Origin: Glaucostegus cemiculus
Lineage: Eukaryota
Reading direction: 5' to 3'
Length of the DNA: 64,000 nucleotides
Assembly: GCA_976551045.1 (NCBI GenBank)
Contig: CDPCPM010000073.1
Location: 18,724,001-18,788,000 of the forward strand
In this document: piece after piece, positions 52,741-63,654 of the stretch
How positions within the stretch are numbered: position 1 is the stretch's first letter
How the letters are laid out: the number at the start of each line of letters is the position of its first letter
The notes under the pieces: generated by a model
Database searches by the model: none
What the model was told of the DNA's origin: nothing
Seen by the model: only the letters and a program-made list of their open reading frames with translations
Program-made: the position numbers and the translations under genes

Positions 52741-55359
52741 AATGCACTAGGGAATTCACTTTAAAACGGCTGTGAGTGTTAAGGTAGTTAAGGATAACTC
52801 TGCTAATCAAGCACACTTGGGAATTCAGAGGTGCTCGAAGAGCAGATTTTCCAGACTATGGGATGTTATCCTATTAATACTCCAACACACTTTTAGTTCA
52901 CTTTTGTATTACATGTTACACAGTAGAATAATAATTTTTTTCAGTGACCCCCATGTTTAAACGGAGCACTGGAAGAAGAACAAGGTGAGTTTCAAGGAAC
53001 TGTGGAAACTGGAGTCCGGGTGTGTAACGGAGAACATGGCATTCAGCACCTGGCTCACCATCGGGATTTCCAAACAACCAGACTTTGGATTATTGAAGCA
53101 GTTTACTTGATGCTTTAGTGTTCTAATCTGTCTTATTTTGTCTCTAGATTTAAACCGTTTGTTCCTACGTCAGTTTTCTGACCAACCAAAATCAAACTTA
53201 CTCCCCTACTTTTGTTCGCCATCTTTGCTGCTTTCTTGAAATGTTCTGAGGAGCTCTCCCTTGATTATTAGTAATTGCTGCATTTTGTGACAGTTAATAT
53301 TGTAAGTGTCCAACTGAGATTTGCCTTTAGCAGATGTTCTTACCAATTGTGTAGAAAATCATTAGGTGCAGTCACTTAATTATAGTCTGGAGAATAGAGA
53401 ATGCAGCTCCTTTGCCCCTTGGTCCCTGGGTCATCTGGTACTTTTTAAACATAGCCTGTCAATGCTATAAACATGGAAACAACATATAAACACTGCATCT
53501 GTAATCTTGTGTTTATGAAGTGCATTTTATATATACAAACTCTAACCCTGAATGTTTTAGTTTCGACTCTCAACTTTATTGTTTGCAGCAGGTCAGATTA
53601 ATCTCTTCCCAGTTTGGAAATGAACGTGTGCTGTTCTGTCGGGTGGATAGCAAAATTATATTGATTTGATGCTGTCCTTCAGCTGCCTGTTGTTTGGAAT
53701 ACTAATGCACAATACTGGCAGTGAATTCCAATGATGTCACCTTCACACAGCATCTTACCCCACTTCAAATCTTGTTGAGCTGTCACGCAGAGACAGGTTG
53801 CCATTTCAGTCTTTAAAACGACAACCTGTCAGATAAAAAAAAGACAGCTGCAAGTTTGGATGGTTCGATATAATGGCCACTCTGATCACCCACACCTCTG
53901 TTGCCAGCAGGTAATTTGCTTTCAGTTGACCACTGGTCACCTCTACCAATTTCTCCAGGCACTTTCTGCAGAGCACAGACCTTCCTTTCATTGCACAACT
54001 TCTGCAGCCATAAAATCCAGGCAGATTACTGTGCAATCTTGCAAATTAAGTTCCCCTAAGGTTGGGAGGTAGAGGCTGTGGAGAGCCAAGAATAGGCTGG
54101 GGTAGGGGCTGAGAACGAATGAGCATAATCCTATTCTCCACTTTATGGGAATTGCAAGCATAAATATTTCCATGTTGATTTTGGCCATTGAGTTTTACAT
54201 TCTGAATAATAACTGAATTACCAACTATTTCCAGAGAGAAACCCTTGAGAATAGATACTTTTAAAAACTTTAAAAGGAACAGTAACACTACTACAGTGAA
54301 GTCAGAAACTGAACAGAAATATGCTTTGCATCCCAGTGAGTCTGAATACTGAATACATGCTCACGTTAAACAAAAGCGATGTGAAAAAATGCATCATCAA
54401 TGAAGAAGTGATGCAGAATTCAGCCAAATTATCTAAGGAGAGAGGCATTTGCACCATTTTTGGCATTAAAGCAAAGATTTCAGTGGACATTGGCACTCCT
54501 ATTGTCTTGGATAATGTTGTCAGCCCCTCCAACCAATAACCTTTCACAATCACAAAGTTAGTTCAGACGAGGAAGGCTGTTTGAGACATTTGATGTAGCA
54601 GCGCTGTCCTTCCTACCCCACCCTGGTTTACCCTCTGCCCCCATGCCCCTATTTTCCAATTACATCAGCCAGCTGTCTCAAGAGCCCTGACCTTAAGCCC
54701 AACGAACAGTCACTCCATTAAAAATGTAGCTTTCTGGAAGCCTTATTGTTTCTTCTCATCAGCCCATTATATTGAATTTTGTCATGCATGTCATTTTAAA
54801 CTGGGCACATAATGTTAGCAGGCCAACTCTACCTTTGAAAATGCTAATTGTTCTTCTAAATGGCCCTGCTCAATGGCGCCTTGTCACAAGCTACAAGCCT
54901 GTACCGTGGAACCACCCTGTTACGATGAGTTACACTCCAGGAATGTAAACAAGAGTGAAATGCAATGCTCAAGCATACCTGCTGACCCATTTTTGAGCCA
55001 GCCTTGTGACCAATTGCTTTTAACCCTTTCAGAGTTTCCAACTTTTAAGAAATATGGCTGTAACTGAAAAAGCAAATTTCAAAATACAACAATACTGTTC
55101 AGGATGACACAAACAAATACAAAACATACAGAGCTTTTATTAATTGAAATGTGCAGAAATTAAATTTTACCTCTTGGTGTGTATATTATTAGCCTTAGAA
55201 CATATTGTTAAAGATGTTGATAATATTATGTTTACAATAACTATAAATTGGACTGGTGAGTGAATTTAAAAATTGCAATTATTAGTGTGGTTACAAAAAT
55301 ATCATGAGTTAATCGCAGTTTTAATTGCATTTTGTAACACCAATGTCTTTGCGTAGTGC

Positions 55360-55700
55360 AAAAGAAAGGAGAGAGTGTGGGGGCATAGAAAGAGGATGAA
55401 GCAGAGGGAGGGGAAATAAAAAGAAGGGAGGAGAGAGTGGGACGGAAATGTTGTATATTGCTCTTAGTCATTTTTTTTCTTCCTCTTCCTCTTTTTTTCT
55501 CTCCCTCTTCCACCCCTCTGCCCTCTGCATTTATTTGTTCCTTCCTCTGATCTTTTCCTCTCCTCTGATCCCTCTCTCTAACCATCTTCCTCTCCCTCCT
55601 CTCCCCTCTTCCTCTCTCTTGCTACACTCGGTCACTCCCTGCACCTCCCCTCCTCTTCCATGTGCCCCCCGACCCCCCCCAACCTTCCCTCCTTATCACA
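55360..55700. repeat. Low-complexity purine block followed by a long polypyrimidine block
   Basis: A/G-rich 55360-55447, then C/T-rich 55470-55700. Confidence 0.85.
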
Positions 55701-56861
55701 TTCTCCTGCTTTACAGCAGCAGGAGTTGGAATCCAGACCTGTTTCCTGTAGCGCTGGATTGGAGCAGGTCAGGCTCATGTAGGTCCTATGGTTACTCCCA
55801 TAGTTCAGTTCAACATGGGATATTAAGTCAGCAGGAGCTGGGATGGGGTGGTCAGCTGCCTCTGGTTCAGGGTCCCAGCAGCACCTGACCCCGGGGTGGG
55901 ATGTGGGTGGCAGAGATTTTCAACCATTAGACTGCAGAGTTTAAACGAACCATAGGAATACAGGCAACCTGTAAGACTTGACAGGTATGCTCAAGTTCTT
56001 AAGCTATCTAACGTATATGTAAAATTGCAGCATTAGTATAAATAGAACCAGATTAATGCTTTGAAATCAATCCTGTACTGCTGAGTTTTCTCCTGTTTAG
56101 GGCATTCAAATAGAATAAATGGCTTCTGACTCCTTGTGCCATACAATGCTGGCCATTGCAGACTGTAATTTCACTCAAGGGGAGCCAAAGAAAGAGAGAA
56201 CTAGCCCCAGAACAAATATGGTTTTCATTAACTGCAGAGAGCCCGTTTTGGTTCTTGGAGAGCTGTGCTGCAGTGATGAATAAGGGTGAAAGTATTGATT
56301 TCATAATAGAAGTTCAGAGCAACTCCCAAGAATTTGCAAAAAAATAAGCCTTTAAATTATAAAAAAGCCAACAGGCGATGAGTGTTTGTCTGGAAATAAT
56401 GCGGTGCTGCATTTTCCACTTTGGTTCCTGCGTTTCCGGCCTGTGTTTGAAGGAGTCCAGCCCTCCCAACAGCGGTCAGCTGCCTTGCACAACGCTAGCC
56501 CAACCAGAAACATCTGGACTTTGTTTTTTTGGGGGAAAAACACATCTTTCTCAAGCCTTGAGGCCAACAGCTTCCTGTGACAGCCATGTGGTTCAGCTGA
56601 AAAAAAAAGGCCTTAAAAGAGTTTCCAAACAGCAATGTGTCTGCTTCCAGTTAAACTTAACTGCAGATGCTGTAGTTGTTAGGAGCTGAGCTAGGTAGCC
56701 GTTCCAATTCAAAACGCAACCTTCAAAAACTATGTGAAATCTTATTTTTTTTCAATTACTTTCGGCTTGACAACATTGTCCTTTGCTGCAAAGCTGTTAG
56801 CCATGTTCAGCTGGTTGCACCCGCACTTCTGTGTCAGAATTTCCAGATTGATGTTTAAATC

Positions 56862-56920
56862 AAAAGACCTGAATATATGTCACTCTAGTTGCAAAATTGA
56901 GGGAGTGCTGCACTGCATCC
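56862..56920 (+). mobile_element. Deu-domain fragment
   Basis: TGAGGGAGTGCTGCACTG is the reverse complement of the Deu core seen near 36210-36235. Confidence 0.5.
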
Positions 56921-59213
56921 ATGGGGCCCAGACTAGGGTCAGGGCCTGGAGTTTTAAAGAGAGAATATGTATGGAATTATGTGTCTAGATGATAAGCAAA
57001 CAAAGGCTTTTCACTGTATCTTGGTACAGTTCCAAGTTAGAAGGGATCCATTGGGTACACACCTAAAGGGGTAGCGGGTAGGTATTCCAGACCCATGCCC
57101 ATTTTACCAGTGGACCGGTAATCCTGGCACTTCTCTCTCACTAGGCATTTTGGGCTGCAGTTATTTGAAAGCATTTAAATAAGCACATCATGTTCTTTTT
57201 TCCCAGATTTTGGCCTTTTAATACTGGCAGAATTCATACCTGAATTTAACTAACACCAGCCCTGTTGTGCCAGAGTATATTTCATTTGATTTTAAATGCA
57301 TTGATGCTGTTCCTTTTTCATATGTTTGGATTAAACTGTTCGGTCGACTAATTCCTGCCCACATAATGTGCTGTCTGTGAAATACTTTGGGCTGTTCCCA
57401 ATGAACACACCAAAGTGCTTAATAAATGTACTCCCCTTTTTAATGGCAATGATTTGTATAAAGCTGCCACCAAGGTATCTTTTCATATACAGATGATCAC
57501 ATTCATTTGTCTAATATGTATGTTAAAGAAATATAAAAACTACCTACATACATGCAACTAATTAGCATTCATACATTGTGATGAATATATTGTGATCCTT
57601 CGGGGCTACCAGTTTAATGGGATCTGTTGGTTAGTGTAACAACTGCAGGTGAATCTCTTTGTCTTTGTTGCTATGCCAAGATGAACAAAGCATTTCTGCT
57701 TCCCTCACACCGCTCAGAATATGGCTCTTGGGAGCAGTTCAGTGTTTGCTCATTCTTCCTAACCAGGTGCTGGGATAGCTCTTAGCACAGCATAAAACAG
57801 GGCATTAGGAGATGTTGGGATGCCCAGATTGTGGAGCTTCACAACATTGATTGCGATGTAACCAAAAAGCTTCAAATGATAGGGACAAGAATTACTATTG
57901 ATGCAATACATTAGTCAATAGCTTTGTAACATCGCCATTATGGCTTGAAACTGGTTCAAAAGGAAAATGTGGACAATGGCCAGAGTAGTGTTGTAAATGC
58001 ATGCCTAATCTTTATATAACCTAATTGCAGGACCATCTCCTATGCTGCTTGCCTTAGTGTCAAGAAATAGATCGTGTGGTACAGATGTTGAAATAAAATA
58101 TTTCTTACCAGATTTGAGTCAAAGGTCAGAATCCCATATTCCAAGCTTGTGATTTTTTCTTTCTTTCTTTCTTCTTTCTTTCTCTCTGAACACTGTTTAT
58201 TGTTGTTGAACTAATAATTGGTCACAGATAAGAGTCTGCAAGGTTTTATCAGTCTTTTTTAACAATATATCCCAATTCTGCGTCCTTGTTGGTGTTGGCA
58301 AGGACTGGAGAGGAAAATATAGACCATCTGTTTCTCAGTGTTCCTCATTTTAAACTAATTAAAGCAATTTCAATCTAGCCTTTTTTTTAAAGCATAGTTT
58401 GCGATACTAATTCAAACCATGAGCAAGTGATCATATGAAGGAATTAGGATTGAGAAAATTTACAAGGACTTATAGTTTTTGATCCGTGGTTATTAAACAG
58501 GATGATATAAACCATGTTCATATAGTAGCATTGAAAATTTAACATCTGTATCGTGAGTAGCAGTCGCAGTTTAAGCTTGGATTTCTAAACAGAGGTCTTT
58601 TCCATCTTACATTCCTACCATTTACAGTTCAGATGTGGAGAGTGGGCTGCCTAGGCCACGTATGTCTGATGTAGAGCAGCTGGACGCTCAGATTCATGGC
58701 CCCAGGGTGCATGTATGCATAATGTGCCTTTCATTTTTAAGTTGTTCTGAAGGCAAGCAGTCTATTTGAGGTCTCAATAATGGCTGTTGTAGTGGAGGAT
58801 GAGTGAGGAACAGTGCTCTAGATGCATGGAGCACTTCATGCTCTTGGGTATTTTCTCCATCTGAGTACAGAATTGGGACCTCATGAACTGTCTCAGCAGA
58901 GAATTGCACCTCGAAATTAGTTTGCATGTATTATTGTGGCATTGTTGCATTTCACTCTAATTTTAAATTGGGTCTCCTGTACAACATCATGAAATTGTCC
59001 AAAATCCAGCGTGAAACGTTTGGGGTGGTTTATGCCCATAAAAGAAAGTACTAAAATGGGAGCCATGTGATTTCTGATGGGAGCTTCCTCAAGTTGGTAC
59101 ATTTCTTGAACGTCATACAGCAGTTAGAGAAGGCAATCAGTCTTTAAAGACACACTCCCAATGGAATCCATACAGCAGCAACATGTAATCAGAAGCTTTA
59201 TGGGGATGGGCAT

Positions 59214-59240
59214 GAGAGAGAGAGAGAGAGAGAGAGAGAG
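59214..59240. repeat. (GA)n microsatellite
   Basis: Read directly. Confidence 0.95.
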
Positions 59241-59510
59241 TTCCTGCATTTATTCAAAGGCACATATAAATCCCGGTCAATAAGATGCATGCCAGGAGGG
59301 AGGGCCTGTGAGCTGGGGATTGGCTGCAGTGGTGTCCACCAATGGGCTCCCCACACACTAGAGCAAGGCAGAAAGAAATTTCATGTTTTCATAAGGTACA
59401 TCAAGGCCATCTGCACACCACTGTTTACAGCTGCGGAGTGGAATTCCTCACAACTATTTCACTTGGAGGTCAGACTTATTTATGTGAGGAGCAACTCATC
59501 AAGAAATACA

Positions 59511-59643
59511 AAGTCCTGATGTAGGGTTTCGACCCAAAATGTCAACAGTTCTTTTCCTCCCACAGTTACTGCTCGACCCACTGAGTTCCTCCAGCAGACT
59601 GTTTGTTGCTCCAGATTCCAGCATCTGCATTCTCTTGTGTCTC
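59511..59643 (+). mobile_element. Single-arm Penelope-type element starting with a degenerate minimal hammerhead ribozyme; 11-bp TSD
   Basis: GTC-CTGATGTA-GGGT-TTCG-ACCC-AAAA-TGTCAAC, then CCACAG..CTGAGTTCCTCCAGCA..CCAGATTCCAGCATCTGCA. CAAGAAATACA occurs at 59500-59510 and 59644-59654. Confidence 0.8.
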
Positions 59644-59799
59644 CAAGAAATACAGAGATATTGCATCAGGCCATTAAAGTAATTGCAGCAAGAGCTCATT
59701 CTTCGATGTGTGACATTCAGTGGAAGTGGACTTGACAAGTCAGATGTGAGGGATCTTTATCTGTCCTTGGGGTTCCCCAGCCTGGTTAATGGTGGTCTG

Positions 59800-60670
59800 T
59801 GCTCATGGGGATGATTGGAGAAGCATCTCTCTCAGGGGATTCCTTACAGCCACACCCAAATGCTTTTTGTTCAGATAAGAGTTGATGCCATGGTCCTGAG
59901 TGAGGACCCCCTCGTGGTTGTCGATCCTTCTGCTACTTTCCCAACTGTGCCTCATGTCCCTCAGGCTCAGGATCTCCTTGTACTTCTCCCCGATGTCTTT
60001 AGTTTGCCACATTGTGCAGCAAAGGATGATGAAGTCTCCCTTTCTGCTAGGCTTGTGATGCAGTGTGTACCTGGACTGATGCAGGCAACCAAGTCTCATC
60101 TTCAGGACACCGCTGTTGTTTTCCACCACTGCATTGATACTTGTGACGGGACTCAGCTGCTGTGGCTGGTGCACTGGTGCCAGGGCCAGTGGAGTAGAAG
60201 GTAGCCCTTGCCCTGATGATCCTTCCTCTAGGGAGAGTGGGTCACTGAAAGTGACCGGTGTTGTAGTTTCCCTGAGGATCGTGGTGTCACGTGTGCTTCC
60301 CAGAAGTTTGGTCTTCATCACAAGGAAATTCTGATGATCCATGGCCTTTCGTACATTAGAATTTGTGTAACTCTCTTGTTGGTGAAGAGTTCTGACTTCT
60401 CACTGGGAGCCCTTAGGGGGACATGAGTGCATTCAATGTCTCCTTGCCCTTGTGGGAAGTTGGCAAAGCTAGCCAATCCCAGTGCCTGTTCCTCACTAAG
60501 ATCAAAATTTCTTAGCAGATGCAATGCCCAAGTGACCGCACTGAAGCAGCAGAGAACAGGACATTTGGAGACACAGCAGAGATATGCTATAGCTGTTTGG
60601 AATGATCCCGTAGCGTGGATATTGAAAGCCACGTGACCTTGCTATTTGTAGAGAGCGGTTCTGTGAGGGC
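59800..60670 (-). pseudogene. Frameshifted PIF/Harbinger (HARBI1-like, DDE_Tnp_4) transposase fossil
   Basis: Minus-strand ORFs 60318-60632 and 59803-60342 give, in the family order, ATGSFQ, FANFPQGQGDIECTHVPLRAP (family: FP.V.GAIDCTHV.I.AP), FTNKR (F.NRKG), DHQ..LGSTRDTTILRET (D......PGS.HD..ILR.S), a shifted-frame GKGYL (GDKGYP), VVENNSGVLKMRLGCL (IE.T.G.LK.RF.CL) and IILCCTM (II..CC.LHN). Confidence 0.85.
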
Positions 60671-61331
60671 ATCACCAAAGATCTTCCTGCAGCTTTTCAC
60701 ATCTCAAACTTCCCCTAACCTCACCAGGCCCTCCAATCTATTGGCAAACCAAAGCATACTGATTCCTCTCCTAAAGGCACCAACTTCTGTTGGACCACAT
60801 TCAGTGCGGCCCTTTCATGTCTCGCCAATGTGGTCAGTCTCTACAGTAAATGGTCAGCATGGAAAGTCAGCTTAGCCCTGACCTCACCTCCTCATTTCCA
60901 GCACAAATCATTGGAAAGCAACAAGGAGTAAACCACCTGGATGCATTTTCCCTCTTCAACCAGAGAGTACACAATCTCATCCCAGGCATTTAAGCACACA
61001 ATTTTTTCTCTGACTGACAACAGAAAAAAGGGGTTTATAGACACCAGAAATACAAACTGTGTCTGGTGAGCTGAAAGCACCCCCATTTTGTTCTGACTCC
61101 TGTGGAAGTTTGCCTGAGTCTTATTACAATTGAAATACTGGAACTAATATACTATATGTGTAAGCACATGCATATGATGTTTGTCCAGCAATCTTCTGTT
61201 TTTAATTATGCTTCTGCACATTATTTGGTGTGGCAAAGGAAGTTGCAGAATGGCACATTACTCAGGTTCTGCACAGGAAGTTATGCAAAAATTAGCCATT
61301 AGGAAATGCTCTCTTCTTCCTTCCAGCGCCG

Positions 61332-61393
61332 CCCCCCCCCCCACCCCACCCCACCCCACCCTACCCTACCCTACCCTACCCTACCCTACCCTA
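61332..61393. repeat. poly-C / (CCCCA)n / (CCCTA)n pentamer repeat
   Basis: Read directly. Confidence 0.9.
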
Positions 61394-61689
61394 TGTATTT
61401 ATTTCCTCAGGCAAGGAATATACATCAATAACTGTGGTAACTAGCTTAAATGCTGCTTTTTATAAAAGGCTTGTTTTGTGGTTTTGGTAACAGTAGTAAA
61501 CACCTAGATATTACGTACAAACACACAGCTCTCCCCATCTGTGGGGCTGTGTGTCATGTATCTGTGAATCAGTTGCTCATTTGTTCCATCTGCATTAATG
61601 ATGGAGAATGGAAACAGTTCATTAGATCAAGATAATTTCCAATGTGATCATTTCATTGGTTAATGGGTATTAAATTACCAAGAAATCTG

Positions 61690-62261
61690 CAGGCACTGGG
61701 TTTTATATAAAAAAGAGGCATAGTATCCACAAGTAACTGGTCAGGCCTCAGCTGGAGTGTTGTGTCTATTTCTTTGTACTACAGTGTGAGAAGTACATCA
61801 TTCACAGGCTGCAAAGGAAATTTATTCGAATGGTGCCAGGCCTCAGGGTCTTCGGCTACATGGAAAGACTAGAGATGCTGAGAACGTTCACTGGAGAACA
61901 GAGAACGCCAGGTGGAGATTTAATAGAGGTGTTCAAAAATTATAGGGGGTTTTAAAAAGGTATATAAGGAGAAGCTCTCTTCTTACTGGAAGACCTGCCA
62001 ACACAAGTTTAAAATGATTGGTGAAAGGAATCAATTTTTTTACTTGTTGAGCTGTTCTGATCTGGAACACACTGCCTGAATGGTCAGCAGAAGCAAATTA
62101 AATTGTATTGTTCTAAGGGGAATTGGATAAGTACTTGAATGGAAATAGATGAAGGTCAGTGAATGAAAGTGGGGAGTGGGACTAATTGGATAGTTCTTTC
62201 AAAGAGCTAACACAGGAAAGATAGGACAGATCACCTCCTGCACTGTACACTTCTACGATTC
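61690..62261 (+). mobile_element. CR1-clade LINE, ORF2 C-terminus plus 3' UTR (degenerate)
   Basis: Translates to LGFI..RGI, LVRPQLECCV and QRKFIRMVPGLRVFGYMERL..GGDLIEVFK (CR1 consensus LVRPHLEYCVQ / RLRGDLIEVFK). Ends CCTCCTGCACTGTACACTTCTACGATTC. Confidence 0.85.
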
Positions 62262-62559
62262 AGAGATGTCTGGGTAAGTTCCTGGTTTATTCTGAATTGA
62301 CTGATCTCAGCTAGCATATTATGCTTGACATAGCAGTTTGGGTTATAGAGGGAAATAAAATCAGTGACCCCTGGTGAAGAGTACAAAAGTGTAGACATCT
62401 GGCTGGGATGGGATTGACTATAATATTTTTCCCCCTCAGTGCCAAAGCTTACAGTGCAAACATCACATGAAGAACTACTTGGACAAGATATTAGAAAAGA
62501 TAGTTAGAGAACATGGAGTTATGGCTTCCTTTTCTTAGTACTTCTGGGACCAAGAATAA

Positions 62560-63640
62560 GTGTGGATTCTTAGATGAGTCTTATGTAGGATCCACAGACT
62601 GTGCTACAGACAGGGCAAGAAGTGCTTGATAGGGCAGGTGGCTGGGTAGTTAGGGATGTTGTCTTCTACTTCTGCTGTTTGCATTTGACCTCCTTGTGCT
62701 CCTGCTGTAGACCTGAGGTGCTCAGTGCCTCCCCAGACACCCTTTCTTCATTTTGAGCCAAGGATGCCATGTGTCAGGTAGGATGTTATATTTGTTTACG
62801 GAAATTTTGAGGATGTCCTTGAAGTGTTTTCTTTGCCCACCTGGAACTCTAATGTCAGGGTTGAGCTTTGAGTAGAGTAATTGTTTTGGGAGTCTGGTTT
62901 GTGGACAGTATGGCCTTACCCACTGAAGTTTGGATCAGTGTGATCAGAGCCTTGAAACTCAGGTTGTTGGCCTGGCAGAGATCCCCATCATTTGTTCACC
63001 TGTCTTAATGAATTTTGAGGATTTAATGGAGGCAGTATTGGTGCTATTTCAGTATATACCATGCTTTGAACTGCATGCTGTAAGTTGCAAAAGGGAGGGA
63101 TTTAAAAGGCACTTGGACAGGTACATGGATAGGAAAGGTTTAGAGGGATATGGGCCAAACATGGGCAAATGGGGCCAGCTCAGATGGGAATCTTGGTCGG
63201 CATGGACCAGTTGGGCCAAAGGGCCTGTTTCCATGTTGTATGACTATGATTACCACTGTTCAGTAGATCTTGAGCCTAGTGCTGACTTTGGGACCTTGTC
63301 TTTTAAACACTCTTGTCCTTAGTTTACTGATGGCTATGCTGGCACACTCGAGGAGGGGTTAATTTTGTCATTTTGCCTAGACTTCACTCCCAGGTTATGA
63401 AAAGTGATCCAAGTTTTCCAGGGTCTTGTCATGGATTTTGATTGTTGGCAGCGGGGCACAGTGATGTGTGATGGGGATAGGATGGTAGAACACCATTGTC
63501 TTCCAGGACATTTAATGTAAGGTCCAACCTCTTGTAAGCTTCAGTGATGACTTGGAGCTCTACAATAAGGCACGGTAGTGGGTTGATGGAGTTGGGCAGC
63601 AGAGGCAAGGGAAGAATGCTTGGAATTTGCACATATTATG
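62560..63640 (-). mobile_element. RTE-clade (BovB-like) LINE 3' fragment
   Basis: Minus-strand peptides ELQVITEAYKRLDLTLNV, TLENLDHF, RLPKQLLYSKL and PGGQRKHFKDILK match RTE ORF motifs (RLPKQLLYGEL, GGQRKRFKDTLK). Confidence 0.8.
63101..63250 (+). mobile_element. Relatively young CR1 (HER1-like) 3' end inserted in an RTE element
   Basis: TTTAAAAGGCACTTGGACAGGTACATGGATAGGAAAGGTTTAGAGGGATATGGGCCAAA..GGACCAGTTGGGCCAAAGGGCCTGTTTCCATGTTGTATGACTATGA is a typical elasmobranch CR1 tail as recalled. Confidence 0.8.
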
Positions 63641-63654
63641 CATATATATAAATA

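Noticed and set aside
55241-55888. 114-aa and 146-aa ORFs
   Set aside because: They arise from low-complexity purine/pyrimidine tracts that lack stop codons.
61361-61393. Interstitial telomere
   Set aside because: The unit is the pentamer CCCTA, not CCCTAA.
62930-63322. 130-aa ORF
   Set aside because: It is a chance chimera of antisense RTE sequence and a CR1 3' end.
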